From Parcubacteria group bacterium (lineage in GTDB: Bacteria; Patescibacteriota; Minisyncoccia; Moranbacterales; UBA2206), in the NCBI GenBank assembly GCA_041661275.1, contig JBAZUU010000001.1, positions 229,057 to 293,056 on the forward strand: 64,000 bases of DNA. The letters are read 5' to 3'. Positions 21,841-31,467 of the stretch are shown in pieces (the first letter of the stretch is position 1; every line of letters begins with the position of its first letter). Both the position numbers and the translations under genes were made by a program. Below the pieces are notes generated by a model. The model was not told the origin of the DNA and ran no database searches. It saw nothing but the letters and a program-made list of their open reading frames with translations.

Positions 21841-22182
21841 TTAGGAAATATAATGTCCTCCGTCATTCAGTCTATTCTCCCACCACCGATCTACTCTTTT
21901 CCTTCTATTTTCATTTAACACCACCCTATCGCCAGAATAGGAATCGAAAACTTGTATTTCCTTCCCAGCATCCAGAAGCGCAAATGCGTTCCGAAGGGCA
22001 TTATTGAAATCATCTCTAAAGCATGCTGAGCAGATTCCACCGAAGATAACTACGGAATTTGATATTAAAGGAAGATCAGTGTAGGGTTCAAGCTTTATTA
22101 CCTCGGTAGCCTTATTTTCCAACTCTTGATCTTTGCGTCCCTCACCAAATGCTTCTCCTTTTACGAATGTGTAATTTATCAT
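21841..22182 (-). CDS. hypothetical protein
   Basis: 113-aa ORF with AAGGAG SD. Confidence 0.65.
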   Translation of the reverse strand: MINYTFVKGEAFGEGRKDQELENKATEVIKLEPYTDLPLISNSVVIFGGICSACFRDDFNNALRNAFALLDAGKEIQVFDSYSGDRVVLNENRRKRVDRWWENRLNDGGHYIS

Positions 22183-22417
22183 TTCCTACTCCTTGTGAAA
22201 TCAGGGCAATTATTTATATGAACTTTTTTAAGATTCCAGCTCCCCTTTGGAACTTTCATCTTAACTGTCTATTATACTCCCGAACGGCCAAAATGTCAAA
22301 GATGGACGTCAAGTAAATGGGGTAAAATATAATAAAATGGCTTAAACAAGCCACAAGAATATTGAAAAGTACATACAATGTTGACGGATAGTGCCGACAT
22401 ATGGTAGAATAGAGGTA

Positions 22418-22554
22418 TCCTCCTCTCCCTTTGGGAGAGGATGCCGAGTCTTCGAGGCAGGAGAGGGCTCTTAATTAAAATCGTTAATCTAACGAAGAGC
22501 CCTCTCTGTCACGATAAGAATCGCGACATCTCTCCCAAAGGGAGAGAGGGAGGA
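22418..22554. repeat. inverted doublet of CCCTCTC-family palindromic repeats
   Basis: Reverse copy at 22418-22467 and forward copy at 22500-22554. Confidence 0.8.
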
Positions 22555-22559
22555 ATTTT

Positions 22560-23306
22560 ATGGACACGAAACTTACCCTCGAACAATTTGGCCTGCATGG
22601 CAGAAAGGCAGATGTGTATCTGGCGGCTTTGGAATTGGGTGGAGCCAGTGTCATTGATATTTCCCGAAAAGCCAATACTAAAAGAACAACGGTATATGAC
22701 ATACTGCTCGATCTTAAAAATGACGGACTAATATCCGAAACAATGAAAGGCGCGAAGAGACTTTTTATCGGTGAAGATCCGGAAAAGATAAAAAAAGATC
22801 TGGAAAAAAAGGAAGCTTTGTTTTCGGAAATCCTTCCCCAGTTGAAATCCATATACAACGTCAAAGGAATGAAACCGAAGATAAAATTCTATGAAGGGAA
22901 AGAAGGACTCATCGAAGCTTATGATGACGCGCTAAAATATTCCGGAGAAGTTTTGGCGTTTGGATCGGAAGATGTATTAAATGTCTTGGGCCAGGATTGG
23001 GCTGAGCAATATATAAAAAGAAGAGTGAAAAAAAATATCAGGATTCGCGCTATCCTGCCAGAAACAAAACAACTAACGGAAAATATCGTGGCGAGAGATC
23101 AGGAACATTTGCGCGCGTGTAAATTAATCAAAAAAGAAAAATATCCTTTTTCAGTGGAAGTGGATATTTATGGGCATCAAAAAGTAGCGCTCATTTCCTG
23201 CAAAGAACAAATGGCAGTGATAATAGAAAGCGCGGAGATAAATAATACGATGAAATGGATTTTTGAAATGTGTTGGGACAATTTACCGGAGATAAAGATA
23301 AAATAA
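22560..23306 (+). CDS. TrmB-family transcriptional regulator (paralog of 1195..1920)
   Basis: VYLAALELG, KRTTVY and KPKIKFYEGKE shared with the first copy. Confidence 0.85.
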   Translation: MDTKLTLEQFGLHGRKADVYLAALELGGASVIDISRKANTKRTTVYDILLDLKNDGLISETMKGAKRLFIGEDPEKIKKDLEKKEALFSEILPQLKSIYNVKGMKPKIKFYEGKEGLIEAYDDALKYSGEVLAFGSEDVLNVLGQDWAEQYIKRRVKKNIRIRAILPETKQLTENIVARDQEHLRACKLIKKEKYPFSVEVDIYGHQKVALISCKEQMAVIIESAEINNTMKWIFEMCWDNLPEIKIK

Positions 23307-23345
23307 TAATGTTGTTTTTTTCGGGGAATATTGTAATATAGTAGT

Positions 23346-23525
23346 ATGAGTAACAAAAAATTAACCACAATCTTAAGAAAATATCAAAAATCCCCTCGTA
23401 AAAAGGGCACTTTTTCTGCATTTGAAAAGAAGATGCTATACAGGACAACCAAGACCGAAAATCCTCAAACAAGTATGTCTATGGTGGAAAAAGTGCTTAA
23501 AATGTTTTCAGCTAAAACTTCATGA
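23346..23525 (+). CDS. putative Fic antitoxin (59 aa, absent from ORF track)
   Basis: MSNKK...YRTTKTENP...; matches (S/T)xxxE(G/N); ATGA overlap with the Fic gene. Confidence 0.7.
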   Translation: MSNKKLTTILRKYQKSPRKKGTFSAFEKKMLYRTTKTENPQTSMSMVEKVLKMFSAKTS

Positions 23526-24142
23526 AAAGAAAAATTGGAGAGACGAGTTATAAACAAACCGCTTTCGGAATAATCCCGCGTTCAAAATTGATCCTTCTGG
23601 AAATAGAAGGAACTAAACGAGCGTGGGATTTTATTTTGCATCAAGGATCCAAAAGAAAAATTCCAATTACTGTTGAGTTTATAAAAAAATTGCACAATGT
23701 TGGTTTTGGTTGGATATTTCCGAAATTTGGTGGCAACTTCAGAAAAATTAATGTGCAAGTTTCCAATCATAAACCGCCGCAATTTTATCTGATAGACCAA
23801 CTCATGGCAAACTTTACGAAAGATTTAGAAGCCAGATTGAAATATTTGCCCAAAATCGAAAAATATAATTTTCTTCCAGAACTCATTTCCCTTCTCTCCT
23901 GGTCGCATCATCGTTTTTTATGGATTCATCCATTTGCCGATTATAACGGACGTATTGCTAGACTGCTCACAAATATTATTCTTCTAAATCTCAACCTTCC
24001 TCCGATCGAACTCAAAATCGAAACAAAGGCGGGAAGATTAAAATACATAAACGCATTACACTTGGCTGACCAGGGAAATTGTGTAAAGCTGGAAAAAATA
24101 ATCAGAGAGGCAATAGAAGAATCAGCGAAAGAATTGAACTAA
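23522..24142 (+). CDS. Fic-domain protein
   Basis: HPFADYNGRIAR Fic motif. Confidence 0.92.
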   Translation: MKRKIGETSYKQTAFGIIPRSKLILLEIEGTKRAWDFILHQGSKRKIPITVEFIKKLHNVGFGWIFPKFGGNFRKINVQVSNHKPPQFYLIDQLMANFTKDLEARLKYLPKIEKYNFLPELISLLSWSHHRFLWIHPFADYNGRIARLLTNIILLNLNLPPIELKIETKAGRLKYINALHLADQGNCVKLEKIIREAIEESAKELN

Positions 24143-24162
24143 GCGCAACATTTTTCTATAAA

Positions 24163-24193
24163 CAAAAAAGACGGATCGATACCCGTCTTTTTT
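24163..24193. terminator. bidirectional terminator
   Basis: AAAAAAGACGG...CCGTCTTTTTT. Confidence 0.65.
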
Positions 24194-24227
24194 AATTTTA
24201 CATACAACTTTATAAAGTTTGTCAAAT

Positions 24228-25802
24228 TTAAGAATCTTTATAAAGTTTCATCCCGGCAATAAATCCCAAAATAATCCACAACATCAGACTCCCCTGCTGG
24301 ATATCCCAGAAATAGTGGTCAAAGAGCATTATGAAGATGAAACCCAGGAGAATGCCTTTGAAATAGCGAAGAGAGATATCTATTGACAAATAGGTATTAT
24401 CGTTGCTTAATATAGGTTTAGCAGTAAATACCTTGTATAACCAGTATATAAATAGCCCAAGGCCTATAATCCCCAATTCACTCCAAATCAAAAGGAAGAC
24501 ATTATGAACCGGTTGGAACTGCCAGACTTCTAGTGGAACAAGGGCGTACCTTTGCATGTTCCACACAAATTGCCCTATTCCCACTCCCAGGACGGGATTG
24601 GCCAGAATTGTTCCACGTGAAACATTTAGGTAGGTCAGGCGCTCCTGAAAAGACTGCTCTAAATTTCGGTCCAAATCCTGGTTGGCCAAAAGGCCAAGGG
24701 ATATAATTATCAATATTGAGAGTATAGCAATGCGTAATCGAGAATTGTTCCACCCCGTAACGACTTCAGATGTTCCACGTGGAACATATATGTATAGCAA
24801 AGCTACGAATAATCCCAAAATGGCAGATTTAGAGAACGACAAAATTAGAGCGAAAACCTGTAAGGCTAAAACGGCGTATAGGATTACTTGGAGTAATCTA
24901 ACATATCCGACTAGGATTGTTCCACCCCGAAGGAATTCAAATTGTTCCACGCCCGCCTCGCGTCGACGAGTCTCCGCGAGTCGAGGCGGGTGGAACAATT
25001 TAAGATAAAGGAGGGTCAAGATGATTGATAGTAGTAAATATCCTCCCAGGATATTGGGATGAGGGAAGAGTCCATAGGCTCGGATATAACGTTCCCCGCC
25101 CGCCTCGCCGAAGACGGCAAGTCGAGGCAGGTGGAACACTATTTTGGCCACTCCGGGGATGTTTGGGGCTATCATACTTTCGCCCAAAACTGACAAGCCA
25201 ATTGAGCGCTGGATCAAAACCTGTATTATTCCTATAGCGGATTGGATAAAACCGACCAGTATGATAATAAGTGAGAAGATGTTCCACGTGGAACAATTTA
25301 GTGTTGTTGATGTCTTGTTGGATGTAGAATGTTCCACGTGGAACATTCGTGGTACGAAGCGGAATATTATAAACAGATATAAAAGATAAAACTCCAATAA
25401 CTTGGCAGATCTAAAAAAGGCAATGGTATGGTTGTCCGACCATAAAATTGACAAAAATGACCAAATGACCAAAAGGAGCGGAAGGGACAAATAAAGAGAT
25501 TTTAAAAATCGTCTTGACGTGGGGGATAACTTGTGTTTTAACCAAGTTATCCACAGTCTATACATTGACGAATAATCTTTTGTGTTGTATAATATAGTAA
25601 ACAACCATAAAACTATGGTTACCCCTAGTAAGATATCGGATATATAAACATATATCCCAGCGTACTCATTGAATGTTCCTTGAAATGGGAAGTATAATAT
25701 TACTTTTCTTAACGTTAAGGAAAAACTAAATAAAAACAAAAAGAAAAGCCAAATATCCGGTTGTATTTTTATGTTTTCCCAAATTTTTCTTATTTTTTCC
25801 AT
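24228..25802 (-). CDS. O-antigen ligase (Wzy_C) family membrane protein
   Basis: RAYGLFPHPNILGGY, SFSKSA, GVGIGQF, PVHNVFLLIWSELGIIG, FDHY. Confidence 0.85.
   Translation of the reverse strand: MEKIRKIWENIKIQPDIWLFFLFLFSFSLTLRKVILYFPFQGTFNEYAGIYVYISDILLGVTIVLWLFTILYNTKDYSSMYRLWITWLKHKLSPTSRRFLKSLYLSLPLLLVIWSFLSILWSDNHTIAFFRSAKLLEFYLLYLFIIFRFVPRMFHVEHSTSNKTSTTLNCSTWNIFSLIIILVGFIQSAIGIIQVLIQRSIGLSVLGESMIAPNIPGVAKIVFHLPRLAVFGEAGGERYIRAYGLFPHPNILGGYLLLSIILTLLYLKLFHPPRLAETRRREAGVEQFEFLRGGTILVGYVRLLQVILYAVLALQVFALILSFSKSAILGLFVALLYIYVPRGTSEVVTGWNNSRLRIAILSILIIISLGLLANQDLDRNLEQSFQERLTYLNVSRGTILANPVLGVGIGQFVWNMQRYALVPLEVWQFQPVHNVFLLIWSELGIIGLGLFIYWLYKVFTAKPILSNDNTYLSIDISLRYFKGILLGFIFIMLFDHYFWDIQQGSLMLWIILGFIAGMKLYKDS
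24609..25345. promoter_or_regulatory. parS (ParB-binding) site cluster
   Basis: TGTTCCACGTGAAACA 24609-24624; TGTTCCACGTGGAACA 24771-24786, 25280-25295 and 25330-25345; two split sites at 24943-24997 and 25090-25138. Confidence 0.85.
25547..25555 (+). promoter_or_regulatory. DnaA box
   Basis: TTATCCACA, with a degenerate inverted box at ~25521-25529. Confidence 0.4.
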
Positions 25803-25931
25803 ATATAGTTGCTTCTATTATACAAGCCACTCGAATAAAAACAAATGTTATGCTAGACTGGACAAAGCTCATTAAATTAAAAATCAAATAACAACTCAAT
25901 CTTAAACATTACACAGAAAGGATTTGTAAAA

Positions 25932-26999
25932 ATGGCCGCTACCTTTAAGGAAATGCTAGAGGAATTGTCATCGCGTATTGTCCAGGGCGGAATGGGTGTA
26001 AGAATTTCCCTTTCCGGCTTGGCATCTGCGGTAATGGCAGAAGGCGGCCTGGGAGTTATTTCTTTGGCTGCTATTGGAATGGGCGAACCTAACTTTGCCA
26101 AGAAATATTTCGAAGCCAACATCTCAGCTGCAAAGGAAGAAATAAGAAAGGCTCGAGAGATGGCCAAGGGAATCCTTGGTGTTAACATCATGGTGGCTCT
26201 AAGTGATTTTGCCAGTATGGTGGAGATAGCCATAAAGGAAAGGGTGGACGTGATTTTTTCCGGAGCAGGACTTCCTCTTGATCTGCCGAGATTTCTTACT
26301 GATGGGTCTCTGACAAAATTGGTTCCCATTATCTCATCAGGAAAGGCAGCCAGAGTCTTGTGCAAAAAATGGCTCAAAGAGTTTAATTATCTTCCTGACG
26401 GATTTGTTGTTGAAGGTCCGAAGGCTGGTGGGCATCTAGGATTTTCCCAAGATGAAATTGATAATCCAAACTTTGCCTTGGAAAAGCTCGTAACCGATGT
26501 TGTTCAGGAAATTTATCCATTTGAGAAGGAATGCAAAAAAGAAATTGCTGTCATTCCAGCTGGAGGAATCTGGAGCGGGAAGGACGTAGAAAAATTTTTG
26601 TGTCTCGGATTTCCTGCAGTGCAGATGGCCACGCGATTTGTGGCTACAGACGAATGTGATGCAGCTCTTCCTTTCAAACAATCCTATGTTGATTCTAAGG
26701 AGGGAAGTACCTGCATTATAAAAAGCCCAGTCGGAATGCCAGGAAGGGCGATACGGAATAAGTTTATTCAGGATACGGAAGAAGGAGGAAAGAAACCGGA
26801 CAGATGCTTTTGCCACTGCATCAAGACATGCGATCCAAAAAAGGCGCCTTATTGCATTTCAAAAGCATTGCAAAACGCTCAAAAGGGCGACCTTGATGAG
26901 GGATTTGCTTTTGCTGGCGCGAATGTACATCAGGTGGAAAAAATAGTTCCAGTTCGCGAGCTTATGGAGGCTATCCAAAAAGAACGCCAAGAAGATTAG
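25932..26999 (+). CDS. nitronate monooxygenase / FabK-like flavin oxidoreductase
   Basis: IVQGGMG, SGAGLP, VEGPKAGGH, AGGI, MATRF and a C-terminal Cys cluster. Confidence 0.88.
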   Translation: MAATFKEMLEELSSRIVQGGMGVRISLSGLASAVMAEGGLGVISLAAIGMGEPNFAKKYFEANISAAKEEIRKAREMAKGILGVNIMVALSDFASMVEIAIKERVDVIFSGAGLPLDLPRFLTDGSLTKLVPIISSGKAARVLCKKWLKEFNYLPDGFVVEGPKAGGHLGFSQDEIDNPNFALEKLVTDVVQEIYPFEKECKKEIAVIPAGGIWSGKDVEKFLCLGFPAVQMATRFVATDECDAALPFKQSYVDSKEGSTCIIKSPVGMPGRAIRNKFIQDTEEGGKKPDRCFCHCIKTCDPKKAPYCISKALQNAQKGDLDEGFAFAGANVHQVEKIVPVRELMEAIQKERQED

Positions 27000-27113
27000 A
27001 ATGTATAATGCATACCAACTAGCCCGTCGGGTAACATTCCGGCGGGCTCGGTTTTTATTGACCTACATTATTTTAGTTGGTATGATAAAATGTATTGTAT
27101 AATAAGAATAAAT

Positions 27114-27186
27114 GGGCCATTAGCTCATCTGGTAGAGCGCATCCATGGCATGGATGAGGTGACCGGTTCGATCCCGGTATGGTCCA
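27114..27186 (+). tRNA. tRNA-Ala(GGC)
   Basis: Cloverleaf, G3:U70 pair, anticodon GGC. Confidence 0.93.
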
Positions 27187-27205
27187 CGATTTTGTTAGTC
27201 AATTT

Positions 27206-27378
<173 letters not shown>

Positions 27379-27394
27379 CTATAAAATTTATAAA

Positions 27395-27910
27395 ATGGAA
27401 AAAGTAATTTTAGTTGATGAGAAAGATAATTCTGTCGGCGAGGCGGAAAAATTAGAAGCACATAAGAAAGGACTTCTTCATCGGGCATTTTCTATTTTTA
27501 TTTTTAATTCAAAAGGAGAATTGTTATTACAAAAAAGGGCGAAAGCAAAGTATCATTCTGGAGGGTTGTGGTCTAATACTTGCTGTTCTCATCCAGCGCC
27601 GAAAAAAAATATTTTAGACGAAGCGCATAGGAGATTAAAAGAAGAGATGGGAATTGATTGTGAACTCAAAGAAATATATACATTTATATATAAGGCAAAA
27701 TTGAACAATGATCTGACGGAATATGAATATGATCATGTCTTTGCCGGAAGATACGATGAAAATCCAAAGCCTAATTCAGACGAAGTGGAGGATTGGAAAT
27801 GGGTCAATTTAGATTGGTTGGCCGAAGACATAAAAAATAATCCGCAAAATTATACATATTGGCTGAAGGATTGTTATAGGGATGTGGTGGAGAAAATAAG
27901 GGGCTTGTAG
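27395..27910 (+). CDS. idi: isopentenyl-diphosphate delta-isomerase type 1
   Basis: LHRAFS, LLQKRA, WSNTCCSHP, EYEYDHVF. Confidence 0.95.
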   Translation: MEKVILVDEKDNSVGEAEKLEAHKKGLLHRAFSIFIFNSKGELLLQKRAKAKYHSGGLWSNTCCSHPAPKKNILDEAHRRLKEEMGIDCELKEIYTFIYKAKLNNDLTEYEYDHVFAGRYDENPKPNSDEVEDWKWVNLDWLAEDIKNNPQNYTYWLKDCYRDVVEKIRGL

Positions 27911-27973
27911 CTCATCTGGTAGAGCGCCGCATTCGCATTGCGGAGGTAAGGAGTTCGAGTCTCCTCAAGTCCA
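27901..27973 (+). tRNA. tRNA-Ala(CGC)
   Basis: Cloverleaf, G3:U70 pair; overlaps the idi stop codon. Confidence 0.92.
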
Positions 27974-27987
27974 CAAAAAATAATAAG

Positions 27988-28539
27988 ATGAGTAAAAAAA
28001 TAATTTTCATTCCAGGGTGGTTAGATCAGGGAATAAACTTTCCCCAATATGAGACGCTGGAAATTTGGAAAGAGAATATAAAGCCAGATGTGAAATTAGA
28101 TTGCGATGTCATCATCGCTCATAGCCTCGGTTGTCATTTTGCTCTTTTCGATTGGGAAAACGCGAAAGATAAAAAAATAGTTTTTGTGAACCCACTAGTG
28201 AGCAACCGAAATGTTTTTTCCTGGTTCTGGCGGTGGGTGAAATTTAGAATGGGAGAGACGCAATCCGTTCAGAGGAAATATATAATAAGTCCAAGACGGG
28301 TAGCCAGAGGAGTTTTCTATTATTTCAAATTTCTCATGCCAGATGCATTTTCTCGATTGGATAATATGACCGATCATAATATGATTGTCATCAGAGGTAA
28401 AAAAGATTTATATTTTTGCGATGAAGAATCATGCGTATTGTTAAAAGAGAAAAAAATTGAAGTTATAGAATTGGATGAAGTAGGGCATCTTTGGAATAGC
28501 AAAATTGATGAAGAGATTAGAAGAATAATTGGTGAGTAA
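27988..28539 (+). CDS. alpha/beta hydrolase-like protein
   Basis: FIPGW, AHSLG nucleophile elbow, C-terminal GH. Confidence 0.7.
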   Translation: MSKKIIFIPGWLDQGINFPQYETLEIWKENIKPDVKLDCDVIIAHSLGCHFALFDWENAKDKKIVFVNPLVSNRNVFSWFWRWVKFRMGETQSVQRKYIISPRRVARGVFYYFKFLMPDAFSRLDNMTDHNMIVIRGKKDLYFCDEESCVLLKEKKIEVIELDEVGHLWNSKIDEEIRRIIGE

Positions 28540-28542
28540 TTA

Positions 28543-28615
28543 GCGCTTGTAGCTCAGTGGATAGAGCGCCGCCGTCCTAAGGCGGGCGTCGCAGGTTCGA
28601 TTCCTGCCAAGCGCA
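28543..28615 (+). tRNA. tRNA-Arg(CCT)
   Basis: Cloverleaf, CCGCC-GTCCTAA-GGCGG. Confidence 0.9.
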
Positions 28616-28667
28616 CGGTAAAATAAAAAAACATTCCTGTTGGCAGGGATGTTTTTTGAAAGATAAT

Positions 28668-29111
28668 TTATTTTATTTTCTTCAACTCTTTTCGCAACTG
28701 ATTGGCGTGGAGTTCGGTGTCTTTGTTTAATCTTTCCATAACTTTTTTCACAGTAATGTTGGTCGGAATGAACATATCAAAACACTTTTTTTCAAGCATT
28801 GATTGTTCAATGCGAAGAGCAATATTTATCGCATCTGCATGAGATAGTTTGGCTTTTTTAGCTTCCTCTATTTTTTCTTCCACATATCCGCTGACATAAC
28901 TCACTACACCCCTGGTGAACTTATTTTCTTTGAACAATTCTTTTTCCTTGGCAAAATTTTTGGCAATCTCTTTGGCGTGGATCACTTCTTCATCAGAAAT
29001 CTTTTTCCAGAAAGCCTTTTTGGCAGGAATCTTTTGAGAGTAGAGATTATATAAAATACTTATCTTCAATTCATTGTCTTCAAAAAGATCTATGATGGAG
29101 CGTTCTTTCAT
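28668..29111 (-). CDS. ferritin-like / rubrerythrin-family protein
   Basis: E..Y, EEVIH, ALRIE, TELH pattern. Confidence 0.7.
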   Translation of the reverse strand: MKERSIIDLFEDNELKISILYNLYSQKIPAKKAFWKKISDEEVIHAKEIAKNFAKEKELFKENKFTRGVVSYVSGYVEEKIEEAKKAKLSHADAINIALRIEQSMLEKKCFDMFIPTNITVKKVMERLNKDTELHANQLRKELKKIK

Positions 29112-29409
29112 GGTTTTAGTTTAGGTTATTACTACTGAAATTATAATAGGTTTTTGGGAAATAAAAAAGCCTCAGGTTGAGAGAAGTAATATGCAAGAAA
29201 TGCATAGTGCGATTAAAACGAATCTGTGCATTTTTTGCACATATTAAATAAGGATGCATTTGATTGTTCACAATGGACACATGTTCCATTTTGGAACATA
29301 TTAAAAAAATCAATTCTTTTCAAAAAGGGAATGGTTCAGTTATCCGGAAATTCCGGATAGTTGGGTGATAATTTTTGACTGTAGAGGTATTATTTAGTAT
29401 AGTCTTACT

Positions 29410-29982
29410 ATGGATACCAACTTAGAAAAATTAGGATATCAGTGGATAACTGCGACATCCGACAGTGTCGACGTTGAGAGTGAGTATTATTGCCAGACGA
29501 AAGATATCTTTGAAGCAAGAAATGATAGGATGTCCGAGGAACTTATAATCAGGGGAATGGATGACGGGTTGGCTTATCTCATTTACGCGATCGCCGGAGA
29601 GTTGGGGAATAACTCTTTTGATCATAATATTGGCAATTGGCCCAATGTAATGGGAATTTTTTATGCTTTTGATTATGATGGAAAAAATGGGATTTTAGTA
29701 ATAGCGGACAGGGGAATCGGTGTCTTGGGTAGCCTAAAGAATGCCGTGTCAAATCTAAAAGATGATAAGGAAGCATTAGAGATAGCATTTACCAAGAAAA
29801 TATCTAGTCGTGTTTTGGAAAATAGGGGCAATGGATTAAAGTTTATCAAAAGCAATGTTTCAGAGAAGAATTTTACGCTGGAATTTATTTCCGGAAACGC
29901 TAAGGCGGATCTCAATCATGATATGAAGATAAGCGAAGCCGAGCAGCTCATTGCTGGGTGCCTGGCGATTTTAAAATTTTAA
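29410..29982 (+). CDS. HATPase (GHKL) domain protein
   Basis: ELGNNSFDH, ADRGIG and RGNGL boxes. Confidence 0.8.
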   Translation: MDTNLEKLGYQWITATSDSVDVESEYYCQTKDIFEARNDRMSEELIIRGMDDGLAYLIYAIAGELGNNSFDHNIGNWPNVMGIFYAFDYDGKNGILVIADRGIGVLGSLKNAVSNLKDDKEALEIAFTKKISSRVLENRGNGLKFIKSNVSEKNFTLEFISGNAKADLNHDMKISEAEQLIAGCLAILKF

Positions 29983-29987
29983 AAATT

Positions 29988-30269
29988 ATGAAAATTGAAA
30001 TAATAAAATACGGCGACAAGCTTGTTTCTCGCCCATCAGGAAGAGAAGTGTTTTTGTCTATGGAGTCGAATATTCTAAAAGACTTATCAAATGATGAGCC
30101 TATAGAGATAGATTTCGCCGGAGTAAAGGCACTGACTCCTTCTTGGGCTGATGAAGTAATTACAAAAATCGCTCAGCGATTTAAAAAGGTGAGTTTAGTC
30201 AATACTGAAAATATGACCGTCCAGGCGACACTGAAAACCCTACGGGAATATTCGGATTTGAAGGTATAG
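29988..30269 (+). CDS. STAS-like DUF4325 protein
   Basis: LVSRPSGR, IDFAGV..LTPSWADE. Confidence 0.85.
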   Translation: MKIEIIKYGDKLVSRPSGREVFLSMESNILKDLSNDEPIEIDFAGVKALTPSWADEVITKIAQRFKKVSLVNTENMTVQATLKTLREYSDLKV

Positions 30270-30435
30270 AAAACATTGCAATGAATTTGCTGCGGCAAAA
30301 AATGTAGTGTTTTTTTATTTTGTTTTTTGGAAATAAAAAAGCCCGGCGCGGTGGCGTTGAGTAGAACAAAAAATAAAAAAAGCCTGGAATATTTTGATTT
30401 TCCAGGCGGTGGTTATTTTGTCTTTGTGAGTAGTA

Positions 30436-30933
30436 TTATTGAAAGTCAAGTGATTTGAGAATTTTCTTCCAAAATGAACGATGTTCTTTTTTTGATTGAC
30501 AAAAGGACTCCTGACTTACTTTGACTTTGAGCATGTCTCTAAAATAAGAGCATTCAGTCGGTGGTTCAACCTTGATGCCCTCCCCTGAATCTGAACCCCA
30601 TGGCAGATCGATCGTGTTCGGATGTGGTTTTCCACCATTTCTGTCCCAGATGACCAGACCATAAATTTCATAATTGCCAGGCAAAAGAAATCTTATCGTT
30701 GTCTCTTTTTGGAAAAGAGGAATAAATTTCTTTTCCCAGATACGCAGATAGTTTCGACTTCCCTCGGAATTGCAGGCGACTATGATAGCCATAAATGGTT
30801 TTGTTGCCCAGTGTGTTTGCAGGTCGGATTCAAGATATTTATCAATTTCCCATTTTAGCACCAATTCCGGTTTTTCCAATTCCATCACCGGAGTTGTCCA
30901 GTCATCACTTTCTCTCTTAAAAAGACGGCTCAT
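30436..30933 (-). CDS. hypothetical protein
   Basis: 165-aa ORF with AAGGA SD. Confidence 0.6.
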   Translation of the reverse strand: MSRLFKRESDDWTTPVMELEKPELVLKWEIDKYLESDLQTHWATKPFMAIIVACNSEGSRNYLRIWEKKFIPLFQKETTIRFLLPGNYEIYGLVIWDRNGGKPHPNTIDLPWGSDSGEGIKVEPPTECSYFRDMLKVKVSQESFCQSKKEHRSFWKKILKSLDFQ

Positions 30934-30948
30934 GATACTATCCTTTCC

Positions 30949-31467
30949 TCAGAACTGTGTGAACAGCTCTCTCAGAGCTTCTATTATCAGAAACACCCGA
31001 TAGTAATGATCTCCGAGCCCGTAGTTAACTGAGTGATAATGGTTTCCGCACTGCTGGACCGCCTGAATATGGAGCTTACCTTCATCGTCTGAAAATAAAA
31101 AAAGAGAATGAAATTTGGGGTGGCACTTTCTCATGTAATCAAAATTTCTCTCTTCCTCGGCCTTCTCTACCAAAAGAAGATATTTCTTTTCGATTGCAGT
31201 TTGGCAAGACTCAGGAAAATTGAATGGTGCGTAAAGACAGGTTAATGGTAGGTGAATTCCTCTCGCTTGAAGTCTCCTTAACATCTCTTCGATCGCATGT
31301 CTTGATGCGCTACCGAAGCACATGAATATTGATCCATGCAGTTGTTGCATCTGGCTGATGGAAAGCAGAAGTATAATTGATTTTTCCTCTCCACTGATTA
31401 TCTTTTCAGTCAGATCTTGTATTTCATCTGGACCATAAAACCTGTTCCAATCCGATTTAATATCCAT
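30949..31467 (-). CDS. hypothetical protein
   Basis: 172-aa ORF with AGGGG SD. Confidence 0.6.
   Translation of the reverse strand: MDIKSDWNRFYGPDEIQDLTEKIISGEEKSIILLLSISQMQQLHGSIFMCFGSASRHAIEEMLRRLQARGIHLPLTCLYAPFNFPESCQTAIEKKYLLLVEKAEEERNFDYMRKCHPKFHSLFLFSDDEGKLHIQAVQQCGNHYHSVNYGLGDHYYRVFLIIEALRELFTQF

Noticed and set aside
24502-25389. Short alternative-frame ORFs with CSTWN/FHVEH peptides
   Set aside because: By-products of palindromic parS sites inside the ligase gene
29282-29298. TGTTCCATTTTGGAACA as a parS site
   Set aside because: 17 bp with a TTT centre rather than the 16-bp CACGTG core; treated as part of the palindrome triplet
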